From: Girardia tigrina
Lineage: Eukaryota
Direction: 5' to 3'
DNA: 60,967 nt
Assembly: GCA_001938485.1 (NCBI GenBank)
Contig: MQRK01226612.1
Location: forward strand, 1-60,967
Below, in pieces: positions 13,627 through 28,364 of this stretch; positions within the stretch are counted from its first letter, which is position 1; every line of letters starts with the position of its first letter. The notes under the pieces were generated by a model. It saw only the letters and a program-made list of their open reading frames with translations. It did no database searches and was not told where the DNA came from. The position numbers and the translations under genes were made by a program.

Positions 13627-15599
13627 TAAAAACATTCGAGTCACAAAAATAAAATTTAATATGATATTAAAATTTCATAATTTTAATCATCAACATATTT
13701 AGATAAGCGAGCCACTTTGTTTTTCTTCATAGTAACCTTTATGATTCGATCTATACTCTCACAATCAATTTCGAAAAAGATTTCGTTCTTTTTGCTAAGG
13801 AAAATAGTAACTAACCATTTAAGCTCCTGTTTAGATTTATTTGTCGGACTCCTGTTGATGTTTCATTTTATAGCCAAAACTCTTTTTTGGATATAGGGAT
13901 CACTTAAAGTAAAAATATTATCAATAATTATTATGAGGAATATTTAAAATTTGGTATTTGGAAATGTGTTTTGCCCACCCAGATTGGAAATGGATATTTT
14001 GAATGTTCAGGATGAGTTAATGTTTGAACCTGGTTTGTATTATAAATTGCAACATGAGATATTTTAAAATTAAAATATTAAAAAGAATTTTAATCGACGC
14101 AATTCATTGCATTTTTAACATAAATACCGAAATCAAATATTTATTATTCCCAATTTCTTGGCAAGGATTTTCAAGCCAATCTAGTTGCTCTAATTAAAAA
14201 CTTATTCTTTTCCACGACGCGATGACATCAATAAGTAATTCAACGATTAAATTTTGTCTTACCCATTCTTTAACTTTTAAACAAATGCTAATTGTAGATT
14301 CTTCTGCTTTGAATTATTTGTAAAACAACCCATGCTTTCAGTCGCAATTTCATTTCGGGTAAAAGGTCTTTTGCCATCACAATAGTAAAAATAGTAGCAT
14401 AGTGTGGCAGGGTATGATTCTCTCGGCAGTTACCGTGTTAATATTATGTCTTTGCAAAAGTAAAGTTCGCGAAGCTTTGTATATTATATTTTATACACAT
14501 TTTTATTGATTCAAAATAATCTATATAGAATATATTCAAATTTTAACTGATTTTCTTTAAATTTAAAACATTGAAATATTTTCTAAAACAAATTTTGACA
14601 AAAAATAATCTTGTTTAAAAAAGAATATAGACAAAATACATATTTTCCCTTGCATGTTATGTGAATTTAAATAAAAAAATATGCTGTAAAACCACTGAAT
14701 CATTTTTATGGGTGGAGTGATTTAAAGAAGTCGACATATAGAAGATTGTTTTGCAAATTCAGAAACTAAAGTTTTGATCTTCAAGATGATAGACCAAAAG
14801 AGACGGAAAATCACAAATTAGAGCCGTTGATTAACCTAGATCCAGTTCAATTGATTGCTGAGTTAACATAGCAAATAAATATTGACGTTTGAGTCTAATA
14901 AGTGCAATTTTAAAGGTTAGTAAATATGTTCCATACACATTTTCAGGAAACAACATGATTACGTGCATTTCACTATTGGAAAATACATTAAAATAGATTA
15001 TAAAATACAGCACCCTACACAAAGACTTTTTAATGAAAAATCGTTATTAAGAATGAAAAATAATAACCTAATCGATAATCTGGATAACAAAAAGTGGTTG
15101 GTTTTAATTAAACCCACAGTTTTATCACTGTTATCTTCTTTCGGAACGGCCGAATTATCCATAATAAAAAGTAAGAAATAACTTTTTAGTAAAAGTTTAT
15201 TTTAATAAACAATTTTCCACTTTTTTGATTTTTTTCCAAACTCTGAATATTAAAACAATTTCTTTATTTTAATATGATTCAGTTATTTTTGGAGGAACCA
15301 ATTTATTTAAATTACCATCCATATATAGTACAAATATTTATATACATAAAAATAGTTTAATTATTTAACTTAATTATTATGATAAAATTTTCTTAAAGAA
15401 TTTCACATTATTATTATTCATTTAAATTAATTTACTACATCAAAAATTCTAGCTTCAAATTTAATCCCTAACAATCACCAAAGTCAAATATATTCACTTT
15501 AAAATGTAATACAAGGTTATAATAAATGTAATACAAGATTATATATGAAATGATTAGTTTACTATGTATTCCTAGAACCAAATAACAAATAACTTCGAA

Positions 15600-15755
15600 C
15601 ACTACACACAACAATTAAAACGTTATAGCTAAAAAATGTAGTAAGAAGACAATTTTGTGGTAAAAGAATGGTCTTTCTTCAACAGGATAATAATGTTAAT
15701 AAATATATGCATATCGAGCTTATTCTCCATATCTAGCCCCTTCGGATTATTAATT
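15600..15755 (+). pseudogene. mariner transposase remnant
   Basis: VFLQQDN and YSPYLAPSDY motif remnants. Confidence 0.55.
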
Positions 15756-15989
15756 ATTATTTATTAATTTTTGAGGGGTTTTTATTTGGTGCTTGGTCGG
15801 ATTGAACAGCTTTTGATTTTGTTCTGCTGAGGGTACGATATAAAGACGTTTCTTTCGGAAGGGCATTTTACAGTCATCCGATAAATTTTGAACAAAATTT
15901 TTCACCGCTGATCTACACGTTACACCGGGAATTTCATTAACTGTTTCTTTTCACCGACTGCTATTCTTGCTAATGCAGCGAACGGTTGG

Positions 15990-16100
15990 AGCGTATGAGA
16001 ATGTTCATTTGGAAATTTTGTGATTGACCCTTATTTGTGTCAAGAATAGATTTGCAGCGGGCACTTTGAAATTTACGACAAATACAATCAATTATACCTC
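15990..16100 (-). pseudogene. FLYWCH-like zinc finger remnant (probably from a MULE transposase)
   Basis: Degenerate CRKFQ-CPLQIY...ITKFPNEHSH with stops and a frameshift. Confidence 0.35.
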
Positions 16101-16881
16101 CAGATCAAAGAAACATTTTATGCTCGGTGGATATTTTTTCTTGAAAAAATTAATCATTTCTTTTGGACATCACTCATTATATTAACATATAATATTAATA
16201 AATCTGTAAAATATTCAAAAAAAAAATCCATCATAAAACATGTGTCAATTATAATAGATAAAATGGTATTGACACGTAATTTCCATTATGATTTTATTAA
16301 AAAATAATTTTTTAGTTATAAAATGGATTATATTTTAATTCCGTAATGATTATTTTATATCATTTTAATTTAGTGCGCCAAATCACTTAAAACCCGATAC
16401 ATTAAAACCACAAATGACATTATCAAACCGGTAAAACCCGTAATTATACAACACTTCATTCACTTCACATCTTACATAATTGCGGCAAAATAAAGAAAAA
16501 AATATCATTAAATTTATTTATTTCGGATCGTATTTCTCCTTTGAAACGTTTTCAAGTTTCGTGTTCTTTTTTTATCATACTTCCTAACAAAAGCCTAATT
16601 TCCAAATCATAAAATTTGTAAGTTTTCTCTTCCTGTTTTTTTTTCTTCTTTTCGTTGAACTTATACAATTGTTCATTTAGAAACTATATTAAATAGACAG
16701 TTTTTCATGATTTAGACAAAAAAATATTTTTTTGTGTGAACGCTCTTCGTTTCACCTCAGCCACATTGAGATAAAATCAACATCAATTAGATGTGTGGCA
16801 AATATCTTGTGAATCACTTTATTTTATAATCAGTGTGATATTTAAAATTTGTTTGATTTGTAATTCACCCGTATTTCCCAG

Positions 16882-17007
16882 GATTCGAATTAACGTTTTA
16901 TTCGGGTGTTTATGGGACTTCTGTTGGTCAGACTGAGTATTTCGGTAATAAAGCGAAAGGCTATATCGGGTTGATTGGCATTGCGATTGGGCTTGGTGAA
17001 ATAACAA
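16882..17007 (+). CDS. MFSD11: MFSD11/UNC-93-like transporter, internal exon
   Basis: cag|..|gtaata; GFELTFYSGVYGTSVGQTEYFGNKAKGYIGLIGIAIGLGEIT matches the MFSD11 motif GLELTFFSGVYGT..IGIGEI; phase compatible with the next exon. Confidence 0.88.
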
Positions 17008-18278
17008 GTAATAGGTTATTTATTTACTTATAACCATCAGTAATCTATTAATAGACATTAATCATAAATTTTATCTGAAATTAAACAATAAAAGAAGTTT
17101 TGTTGATCATTTTCGAAAACCTAAAGTCAAGATTAATGATAATTAAAAAGTTTGGTCTGTCATGATAATTATCGTTATTATTAATTGTTATCTAAAATCA
17201 TACATTAGCGATAATTATCGTCTGTGATAATGTCACTGGGATGAGTCTGGTAGATTATTTGCTTTCTTTTCTCAATTAAAATGGCATTGGGATTTTTAAT
17301 TGACTTTATTTTTAATTATAAATAATTAATTATTTGTTTTTAATTTAAAAATGATGAGTTGACGATTTTTAATTTTCAATGTGTTTAAAAAATTTCCAAA
17401 TTGTAATAATATTTATAATACTTATATTCTCTAAAACTCGAATTAATCTCCTATGGGAAATTAATTTTTAGTAAAGTTTTATTTTTCAAAAAAATATAGA
17501 AGGTGGGGAATTATTCGGGGTATTATCAAAAATTAAATGAATTAACGAAATAAACTTGTAAATCAAAAAAAAATTTTGTATCCATGCTTTATGCTGGCAG
17601 AACTCTACTTGGCTATCAAATTCGTCAAAACACATATACCTCTCGTCTATTGTAAAATGTATGGAAAATGGAAAATTGAAATTTTTTTAACTTAATTAAC
17701 ATTTTTTATCAGATTTTCACACAATCATTTATTGTCATCGAAAATGAGTAAGTGTGAAAAGTTTAGAGAAAATCGATTGAGTAAAAAACCTTCAAAAATA
17801 GGTTTCAAAATTTGATGGATACATACCTTTAAAAAAACAAGCTAATATAAAGCATGTGTTCGGGATTTGAACTTTTGAATTTTTATATTTTAAATTAAAT
17901 TATTATCATTATTAATATTATCAAAAGAAAATCAAATCAAATTGAAAAGAAAGTTGAGCATTTGACATTTACTTGAAACAAAACAATTTTTGTTTGTTTT
18001 GGTTTTTGAACAATTATTCGATAAAAAATAAAAATTGTTTGATAAATTAATGAAATGAAAATGACCTTGGTGTTGTTTAACTGAATTGTTGAAATTAACT
18101 TGTAAAAAACAAATTTTTGATTAATGATGAAAATAAATATAGTTACGTGACTTTCTGTAGAGAATTGTTCGAGAAAATAAATTTGCTATTGTTCGATCGA
18201 TTTTATTAAATTTAATTTTAAATCGTAACTCAATTTGAATAATTATTTCTAATCGTTTCTATAGATTCTGATTTTCTC

Positions 18279-18728
18279 GTGACGACAAATTATTTGCAAT
18301 TAAATAAAATGGCGATAAACAATCGAAATAGTGAAATATGTTCAATGAGAATAAATAATCAAATAAACGGCACATTGTTTCTGTATGATCAGCAAATGTC
18401 TGTGTTGGATGAAACTTACAATGATTTAAATAGTAAGCAAAATGCGTTTAGAGAAAATTATTCCAATAAGATTAATTTTTACAAAGCGAAGTGTGAATCA
18501 ATCAATTCGAAAATTGATACTGAAATGGTTAAAATATTCTGTGAAAGATTCGAAAGATTTAACGACAAATCGAATTCGACAAAGGAAAACAGGATCGGTG
18601 TTATTTTTCATTCATTTCTCAATAAATGGGCCCAGCAATTCATCCACAGAATTTCCCTGTGCAACCCTGCTATCTCCGTCCGATTCTCGGGACGACCTGA
18701 GAATCGGGCGGAACAGCATGAAAAATAA
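18279..18728 (+). CDS. Hypothetical ~140-aa ORF inside an MFSD11 intron
   Basis: 450-nt open frame in very AT-rich DNA, ATG at ~18309, helical composition, AATAAA just downstream; no recognisable domain. Confidence 0.3.
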   Translation: MTTNYLQLNKMAINNRNSEICSMRINNQINGTLFLYDQQMSVLDETYNDLNSKQNAFRENYSNKINFYKAKCESINSKIDTEMVKIFCERFERFNDKSNSTKENRIGVIFHSFLNKWAQQFIHRISLCNPAISVRFSGRPENRAEQHEK

Positions 18729-19052
18729 GAGAAACAAATAAACGAAATTTTTTATTCATTCATTATTTTGAGAGTTGCGCGATCGCTCAATTGTGAAAAT
18801 TTTAGCAGCTGAAAAGATTAATTTAATCAAAGCTTGACTCTACAGCCCATGCGAGAAGCGATGGTGCTCTTTCAATGCTTTGATGCATTAGACTTGTGTG
18901 TCTTTCTGAGGCGGTAGGAGGAAAGTTTCAGATCATTCTTGGCAATGTATGCATTATTCCTTTTGAAATACCATACTATTTGGTTATATGACGCATGAGA
19001 ATTCATCTATCGAAGCTTGGGATTGTTTACCTACTGTGGATATAAACTTTTT

Positions 19053-19537
19053 GGGAAAATATAATAAATAGAATTTTTTTTGCTTAAATATAAAAAATAG
19101 AATTTTTTTGCTGACATAAAACAGAATTTTTATTGACGTAAATATAAAACAGAATTAATATAATAATAGGATATTATTATAATTTTCGTCACTACATCCA
19201 AGCTTAACACATTTTTTATTTTGCTGCAGCAAAAGATATCCATGAATTCCTGTACTTACTATTTTCAGGAAACTCGCATGCTAACTTCATAGCTTTACTG
19301 TTAGTCACGGCTAAAGTTGCTAGTTGCATATTAAAGGACTAAAATCATTATTATTTTATTAAATAAATGATTCATTACAAAAAACTCACCGGCATAGTTA
19401 TAATCAAAAACTCTTTTTCTTGGTATAATAATATATTTAAACTAAATTATTTCTTATATCTATTTTTTTATCTATTTACGTCAATAAAAATTCTGTTTTA
19501 TATTTAAGCAAAAAAATTCTGTTTTTTATAATGCCCC
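19053..19537. mobile_element. MULE-type MITE
   Basis: Imperfect inverted terminal repeats starting GGG, and an exact 9-bp TSD AAACTTTTT. Confidence 0.75.
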
Positions 19538-19599
19538 AAACTTTTTAGGAGGTTTCGAAGTGGTCTATCTCCTTTAACTATTTGTAAATGCATCGAATA

Positions 19600-20500
19600 C
19601 TTGTGGTTTAACGCGTTTAAGACCCTCTGAAATATGGTAAGGCGCAGATTACGAAATGAAAATTCTCCACTAAAGAAGGACACATCACTTCTCTCTGCTT
19701 GAACCAGAGATATTTTATTATATACCTCTGTAGAAAGTTAATTTTAACGATCCGGCAGATTTTGCAGAATACAGGGAAAATCTTAACGAAATAGGGCTTC
19801 TCGACAAAGATGAGGAATTTAAACACCTGATCAAAGGAACCATATCTGAGCGTCTGAAAGATGTAGCCGAGTACGAGAAAGAATATCCGAAAATGATTCA
19901 GCCTTGCACCAAACTATTATCTTGCACATTCCATTCTTGCTTTAAAGAATTTTCTGAGCAGAAGGAACTCACAATACACATTAAGAATGTGCATCTGGCC
20001 ACGGCACCAACTACGCAGAGAGGTGGTGGTTCATTCATATGTCCCATGAAGAACTGCCACCAAAGTTATAAAACTAATGGATGGCTATAACGACATTTAT
20101 TAATTGATCATCGAATCCAAGGTAATGGTACTACGTACATCCAATTAGTGCAAAGAACAGAAACAGAAAGACGTACTGGAACTGTGGAGTTGAATGCGGA
20201 ACTTTATATGTCTGTCGGTGTAACTGATGAGGACTGGTGCTGAATTTTCGGCTGGATAATATAACGGATAAGGGAATGTTTCATTGTCCATTTTCCCGTT
20301 GCACTAAGTGCGTTTATATAGCCAAAAGTCTCCTGAATCACGGAACAAAGGAACATGACTGGTCATTTCTCAGAGGAAACCCGAAGCGTACCCGTGCATT
20401 GAAAGCTCGCACTCTTACATCTGAAGCCTTGTGAGAGGATCAGAAAACTTTGTATTTGTCAAATGGTTTCTACCCGATACAGAGTCTATGATTCACTACC
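19600..20500 (+). pseudogene. C2H2 zinc-finger-encoding fragment, probably the 5' part of an RLE-type non-LTR retrotransposon
   Basis: Three fingers CTFHSC..HIKNVH, CPMKNC..HLLIDH, CPFSRC..HGTKEH with stops; no introns; higher GC than the flanks. Confidence 0.5.
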
Positions 20501-22193
20501 CTGTGCGCCAATTCTGAGTATTATTTGTAATACACAGTTATCCGTAACAGTCTGGGGAGGCTTTTAATACAAAAAATGTTTAACACTAATATTTAAACAA
20601 ACTTATTTATTTGAGAAACAATTTGTTTCATAAATCTTAAACCGGTATAGATAAAAATATTAATATTTTATTTTATTTTAATTTTATAAATTTTGTCATT
20701 AATAAATTTTATCAATTTTAAATTACGATAACATTTAAAAATATTTAATCGTTTCGTTTAATTTTAATAATTTTTAAAAATAATTACACATTCAAAAAAA
20801 TTCTACATTTTAATTTGTCGTACACTGAACAAATTGACACGAATCAAATATCGAGTTCGTATTTATTTATATTATAGTTAACTTTTCTCGTAATTTCAAA
20901 AAGAGCAGCACGGAAACCTTCAAAGAGCCCCGTTTGGAAACCCCTGGAATATATATTCAATGAATTTATTCTACTGCTTAATAACGTTAGACCAATTGCA
21001 GTAAAAATAATCTTAGGAAAATGTCAGTGACTTGGATATAAAATTCTATCACACCTTTCATAGTGTCCTCTGATACAACCTCTTTATGTTTATGAAGCAT
21101 CGTGTTGGTAGTCAAAAATTTCAAACAATAAAGGAAGTCAAGACTTACCTTTTAAGATATATTGTTCGTCAAAGCTGAGATTTTTAGAAAAGAATTTTGA
21201 ATCATATTAAAACAACCATCATTATTTTTTTTACAATTTTAATAGTTGTTTCTTTTTTATTTTTGATTTGATTGAGATTAAATTGAGGTGTATAATTAAG
21301 ATATGATTTAAATTTAAATCTGAGATTTTGCTGGTTGTGGAACGATGAGTAACACAACAGTCTCGTTAATTCTTATGTGAACCGATATAGTTATTCAGAG
21401 TAATTCACGGTCGTTCAAGGTCGAATGTCTAATGTCTGCAGTTTTATTCATGGGAACGTACATATAGACTGATTTAGGTCTAAAGTTAGTTAGGGTCATT
21501 CAAGATCAAATACTTAAAATTTGAATTGAAGCTTAGGCGATCGATAGTTTTATGTCAAAGTTGACTTTGAGTCATATAGCATGATATTAGCTAAAGATCA
21601 TTTAATATTCTTTATGGTCTCTTTAGACCATAATCGAAGTTTTTTCTGTTTGTTAAATAATCAAAGATATGATTATTTTCTTAAAATGTTCACTTTAAAA
21701 TACTGATGCTTAAAATACTGAACATTATCTATAAGGGTAAATCTCAGCATAACATACTTATCGCAGTATAATATTTTATTCGCAGTAAAAAAACGTATCT
21801 ATATAAGAAACGATGTATTGTACGTTACAAACTGATGTGAGTACTGATCTACATTTTTTAATGATTTTATTACATTACTTGTATAAGGAGTTAAAATTTT
21901 CGATTCGCTGAATAATTTTAAATTTTGCAAAAAGTAAATAATTATGTAAGACAAAAACAGAGTTTAAAATTTAAACAAATCTACAAGTTAATTTATTTAA
22001 TAGAAATTTTTAAAATAAGAACTTTAAAAAAGAACTTCATTTGTTACTTATTTACTCTCGAATGTGTAAAAAATACTTCCACTAAAAACTTTTCTTTTTA
22101 TGACCATGACTGAAAAAAAGTTATTATTTTTTTTATAAAATTTCTATCAAGAGTAAATAATAAATTTTAGAAATTAATTCGATTGTATTTTAG

Positions 22194-22362
22194 GTAGTCT
22201 AATTTTCAATCTTTTACCTCGATTTTGGAGGAAAATGACTCCAGATTTTATTATTATCATTGGATTACTTACTCATTCCATATCATTTTATCTCATTTTT
22301 TTGAGTTTACCATTCGAAGCAAGTATAAAATCAACTTCGGAATCCACTTACATTATTCCGAG
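22194..22362 (+). CDS. MFSD11: MFSD11/UNC-93-like transporter, internal exon
   Basis: tttag|..|gtaagt; SLIFNLL..IIIGLLTHSISFYLIFLSLP matches MFSD11 VLLGILVHFIAFYLIFLNMP; phases 1 and 2 fit the neighbouring exons. Confidence 0.88.
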
Positions 22363-24419
22363 GTAAGTGTTTTTAATTCTCTTTGGATAAAACGATATTT
22401 TTGAAAATATATAAACTTTGTAAATAAGAAATATTTAAATAGTATTGACATACTTTTCCAACATCAATATTGTAAGGATAAATAACCATATTTATATTTA
22501 TTTTCATAATTTCGTGACGAATTAAAAGGTCAGTATGCTGATATATTAATTAGTAATATATGAACCTGATATTTGAAAGAAGTACATCTTCAGAAGAAAA
22601 AATTATGGCATTTCACTATTTCATAGTGAGCAAATTTCGTGATTATTCAAATTAACGTGATATTTGATTTTAAAAAGCGAAGTGTAATTAAGTTTTTGTT
22701 TCATAGAAAAATTAAGAAAACTGAAGAATATCGTGCGAAATCAAAGGAAAGTGACGAAGGAACAACTTGCAAAAAACAACAAACGTCATTTATATAACAC
22801 TGCATAAGGTGCTTCATTTCTTGGGAGTAAGGGTGTTATGTTCATTGTTCGAGCTTTTATTTGGCAACGCGGACATATGTGAGAAGCGACTTCAATGCTA
22901 TCAAGAAAACCTCAACATTTATTCTTAAAGTAGTGCTTGGATAATATTATTAGGTGTATAACTTAGTTTTTTGGATTTTTTACGGAACAGACAAGTTTAT
23001 TTATATGACATAATAAATTTTATTCTAATCAAAATATTTTCCATCGTTAATTATGACTTTCGACCATCTTTCAGGCAAATTATGAATTCCATCGAAAAAA
23101 AAGNNNNNNNNNNNNNNNNNNNNNNNNNNNNNNNNNNNNNNNNNNNNNNNNNNNNNNNNNNNNNNNNNNNNNNNNNNNNNNNNNNNNNNNNNNNNNNNNN
23201 NNNNNNNNNNNNNNNNNNNNNNNNNNNNNNNNNNNNNNNNNNNNNNNNNNNNNNNNNNNNNNNNNNNNNNNNNNNNNNNNNNNNNNNNNNNNNNNNNNNN
23301 NNNNNNNNNNNNNNNNNNNNNNNNNNNNNNNNNNNNNNNNNNNNNNNNNNNNNNNNNNNNNNNNNNNNNNNNNNNNNNNNNNNNNNNNNNNNNNNNNNNN
23401 NNNNNNNNNNNNNNNNNNNNNNNNNNNNNNNNNNNNNNNNNNNNNNNNNNNNNNNNNNNNNNNNNNNNNNNNNNNNNNNNNNNNNNNNNNNNNNNNNNNN
23501 NNNNNNNNNNNNNNNNNNNNNNNNNNNNNNNNNNNNNNNNNNNNNNNNNNNNNNNNNNNNNNNNNNNNNNNNNNNNNNNNNNNNNNNNNNNNNNNNNNNN
23601 NNNNNNNNNNNNNNNNNNNNNNNNNNNNNNNNNNNNNNNNNNNNNNNNNNNNNNNNNNNNNNNNNNNNNNNNNNNNNNNNNNNNNNNNNNNNNNNNNNNN
23701 NNNNNNNNNNNNNNNNNNNNNNNNNNNNNNNNNNNNNNNNNNNNNNNNNNNNNNNNNNNNNNNNNNNNNNNNNNNNNNNNNNNNNNNNNNNNNNNNNNNN
23801 NNNNNNNNNNNNNNNNNNNNNNNNNNNNNNNNNNNNNNNNNNNNNNNNNNNNNNNNNNNNNNNNNNNNNNNNNNNNNNNNNNNNNNNNNNNNNNNNNNNN
23901 NNNNNNNNNNNNNNNNNNNNNNNNNNNNNNNNNNNNNNNNNNNNNNNNNNNNNNNNNNNNNNNNNNNNNNNNNNNNNNNNNNNNNNNNNNNNNNNNNNNN
24001 NNNNNNNNNNNNNNNNNNNNNNNNNNNNNNNNNNNNNNNNNNNNNNNNNNNNNNNNNNNNNNACCTATTTAATTTTAATGCCTCGATTTCAGCACTTTAA
24101 AAATCTGTACGTACGACTGTAAAATAATGCTTATTACAAAGGTTACACCATCTCTTAGAAAATCCAAAAAACTAAGTTATAAACCTAATATGACTACATC
24201 TCCCACTGTATCCATGACGACAGTCAAAAGAATGGAAACTCCTAGGCAAAGTGAGCTCTCGGAAATTACGTAGTGTATTTTCTCAGCGACAAGAGGGGAG
24301 GGTGACCACTTTTTGGGTTTCGTGTGGTGTAGTTTAGAATGATATCGCTGACAAATCTACAAAAATTAAGGTCAAGTTCTACGTGCGTATTGTAGAAGTC
24401 CTTAAGAAAAGGCGAAAGC

Positions 24420-24689
24420 CCTATTGCTAGACACTGTTCTCACTCCAAAACAACGTGTCCTGTGCAAATCCGCTTTAGCTTAGCCATTGTTCAGCAAAGT
24501 TACTCTGTGGAACTTTCTCATCCTCCCTACTGCCCGGATCTTGCTCCAAGTGATCTTTTCCTGTTCTGACACCTGAAGAAGATTCTAAAAAGAAAGAGAA
24601 GGCAATCCATTCGGTGACCTCATTTCTTAGCGAAAAGCCATCTGATTGTTATTAAAGTGTCTTCTCCGACCTAGTAAGGTGGCAGAATG
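24420..24689 (+). pseudogene. mariner transposase C-terminal remnant
   Basis: HPPYCPDLAPSDLFLF*HLKK motif. Confidence 0.7.
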
Positions 24690-25327
24690 TTAAAAAAAAC
24701 TCAGAGTTATAAGTACCCCGACGCTTTTCATACGCGACCAGTCCTTCATAAGAGATAACACAGAGGCAGCTGAAGTTGTGCCTCTGTTTGCAGGAATCTG
24801 CCTGTATGCTTTAACGTTCTTGACTGAATATCCATAATAACGCGATGTATGGCTATTGAATCCTGTCTCATCCAAAAAAAGAGGTTCACTGGGCTGTATT
24901 GCGAAATAGCACTTGCATATATAGACTTCTTGTCAATTTTATCCTGGGAATTACGTTCCTCGGCGATTAAAGAAAGTCTTCCTTATAATGTCAAACTTCT
25001 TTAACTTTCTACAGATTGTAGAATTAGATTTCTTTACACCAAGTCTAGTATACAATTCTTCACTTATCTCCGTCAGAGTCAGGCCGTTGTGACAAGCAAC
25101 GATGTTTCTGAAAACTTGGTCATCATGACGTTGGGGAGGAGCTGGAACGGGATTAGAAGAAGTAATTAAGGGGTGTGGGTTATTTGAACCCCAGATAACC
25201 GATGTCACCGTCCTGACGTTTATATCGACCATTAAAGAAATTATTTTCATAGTCATAGTCTTGTGATAATCGAAGTATTAAATCATTCTTTTCCTCTGTA
25301 AGCGTTTTCCTTTCTTTTCTTACCATG
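24690..25327 (-). pseudogene. Tc1/IS630-like transposase fragment
   Basis: HTH LTLTEISEEL..SNSTICRKLKK and FLDETGFN first catalytic Asp; frameshifted and truncated. Confidence 0.75.
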
Positions 25328-26639
25328 GTATTTGTGGTAAATCAAAAAATATTTTCAATTTTTGTGTGTAATATAGAAATGCAATACCCTGTAATAAATG
25401 CATTAATAAAAGTTTATATTTTCAAATGGCGTTTTGTAAGTTATAAAAATGGAAAATAATAAATTTTTTTTAATTTTAATTGAAAAAATTCTTTAAAAGA
25501 AATTAATTTTTATTTGTGTTTTATACACCAAAAATATGCCCATTCTTATATGGAACAACGCATTTTAGGTGTCTAAAATCAACATTTTTTCTAATTTTTA
25601 AACTTAATACGGAAAAATAGCTTGGAGTAGAAGTGTGTTTCTTTCATCAGTCCATTAGCTATTAATTATGTTTATTACATACTCTGTGTTTTCATTACTT
25701 GCTGGTATTGTAGAAGGCAGTATTAATCTAAAATAATTACTTTTATTAATTATAATTAATTCTAATGATGTTCATGTGTTTTCATTCTGTTTTTCACTTG
25801 TATATCTACTTTAAAAATAAATAAGATTATTAAATTGTCCAAAAAGGCATGAATCATTAATCTACACTCCATTATCTTTAGGATAATAAATTTATCTCTT
25901 TAATCTCTCTTCAATTTGGTAGGCTTTACAATGGTGTCCCATCAAATATTTTAATAAGTTTCAATCCATTTACTTTAGTAATTGCGACAAAGGAAAAATT
26001 GGGTCTATTGTTTTTTTAAACCATGGTTGGATCATCCTCGTTCATCCTAAGAAAATTTTTTTAAGTTAGGAGGTAGAAACAAAACATTCTAGAAAACATT
26101 CCTAATTTCTGATAATTACAATTTTTACAAAAAATATAATATTTAAGATTTTGAACGCTTGAAAATTGTTTTTTAAATTACAACCTATTTTTTGTTTATT
26201 TACCAACATAAAAATCGTAATTATGGACAGATGTGTACAAAAAACAATCATTTTCTGTGGGGGACGACTGCATGACCATGTTGTTTAGAATTTATTGTAA
26301 AATTCACCCTAACGTTACAAAAGTATTTTATTTGTTTTTTTTAATTTTTTTAAAAAAAAGTGAATTTCAGATGTTTGCTTTTCTTGTTAATTTTTTATTT
26401 AAATTGTTTTAAAAGGTATTCCTAAAATTATATTTTTGGTTTTTACAAACAAGACGACATGTTAAAAATAGTTGAGAGTGCTTTCGAATGCAACAAAATA
26501 GATAATATTATCGGGAAAGTAAACTAGGTGATCATTTTAGGGATAGTGATTACAAAAAGGAAAATAAAAAAACGTACATTTATTGTATAAATTAAATCAA
26601 TGGATGTATAATGTTAAGTGGATTAAGATTGATACTGCA

Positions 26640-27190
26640 ACATTTCTTCGCAGATATCTCTTTCTAGATCACTCTCTGCAATTGTTTATGAAATTCCGTC
26701 TTTTCTTCATGTGTATACCAACTATCCGTTTGAGCATACACTCCGATAATTCCGATTGATTTTCTCTTGTACCTGCAAATAACTTGTTTAAAGTCTATTT
26801 TTGTCAGATCTTTCTCGTTGATTATTAGAGCAACTCCTTTCTCTCTGTGTCCCCAGTTGTGCTGCCACTGTGGAGAATTTTCCACTGATTGAACATAGTT
26901 GTTTGTGTTCCCCGGCAATGCGTCTCCGTAAGGATGCACGCATCCATTTTTTTATCTTCTGTGCTCGATTAATGGATAACATCTTTTCGTCCGTGATACC
27001 TCTAATGTTTCGATTTCCCACTTTCATTCTTCCGAGTTTAGTCCCTTTCTCGACAGAACCTATCGGCGGATTATTGAATGCGAGTCCTGCCAGACACCTT
27101 GTTTGAGTTTCACTAGCTTTGGTAAATCTACAAACAGGATTGCTGGCCCTGTAAGTTTCGTCTACTCATTTGGCCTAGAGAAGGTGACTC
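26640..27190 (-). pseudogene. LINE (RTE/CR1-like) 5' fragment with APE endonuclease N-terminus
   Basis: MKVGNRNIRG, GVALII, IIGVYAQT, EEKTEFHKQLQ motifs; frameshifted. Confidence 0.75.
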
Positions 27191-28364
27191 TATTTTTTTA
27201 ATTTTATGACTTATATTACATTTTTAATTTAATCGAATGTTCAAAATAAAAATTTTCGTTCATTTGTATCAATAACCTTCAAAGTTAGGAGAGTCGCGAA
27301 CTCTAAAATAAATATACAAAAAATACATCATACGCAATACAAAACAACACATGAAAATATTCCTCTCAAACAATAAATTAACTTTTTTAAAATGGAATTA
27401 AATGGATAATTATTAAATTATACTACTTTTTGTTATAAATAATTTAACAATAGCAGAAAATAAAAGTTAAATGAAGTTAGTTGGCAAAAGCATTAATAAA
27501 CTAGTTTACTGGCGTGTCCTCGGATATTAATTCTTTTTGCTATACTAAAACGTCTTGAAGATTTCAAAAACTTAGCACAAATTGATTTTTATATAATTAT
27601 AAAAGTTACTACTAAAAATATTATTTCAGATTATAATTTACTCTTAAGTATCATAGATTACCCTCACTACATCAGGACTTATAATCTTAAAACGTGTCCT
27701 TCTTAATTTTAAGTCTTTCGTTTTTGGCTTTTAATTGTAGTTAGATGCTCGAAGGTTATTACATGGAAGGTGTTAATATTATAAAATCTCCTAAGGGTAA
27801 TGTTTATCTGTAAGGGTTATTACCAGATTTTTAGAAAAAAATTCTAAATCGGGGATTTTTGAATAATTAATGTAATTATATTTTTTAATTATTGTTTTGA
27901 AATAGTATTTATGTATATGTAATCTTAAATAATATCTGAATTCCGATTTGTCTCCTTTTAACAATTAATCACATTACCAATAGATTATTACATGGATGTT
28001 TAGCTAAGCTTTTTTGTTCCGATGTACTTTCAAGTCAGAAAAGGTTATGATGCCAACTTGCATAAAACAATAGAAAACTATTTAATGGTCCGGTTTCAAA
28101 TAAAATCATTAGTTTATTGTTGTTGATGTGAATATTTTTGAATGTATTGAAAAAATTAGATAAGACATATAAAAATAAATATTGTATTGGATATATAAAA
28201 ATTTGTTCCACGCAAAAAGGAGCCAAGTAAAGTGATACAATAGTATAAACATAATAAAATAATAATTAAAATAAAATTTTACTAAATACAGTTTAAATAA
28301 AAAGAATATAACAAAATTAATTCTTAAATATTTTCAGTCATAGATTACTAGCAATTCCTTTTAA

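Noticed and set aside
22971-24122. 383-aa ORF in the track
   Set aside because: Almost entirely an N gap; artefact
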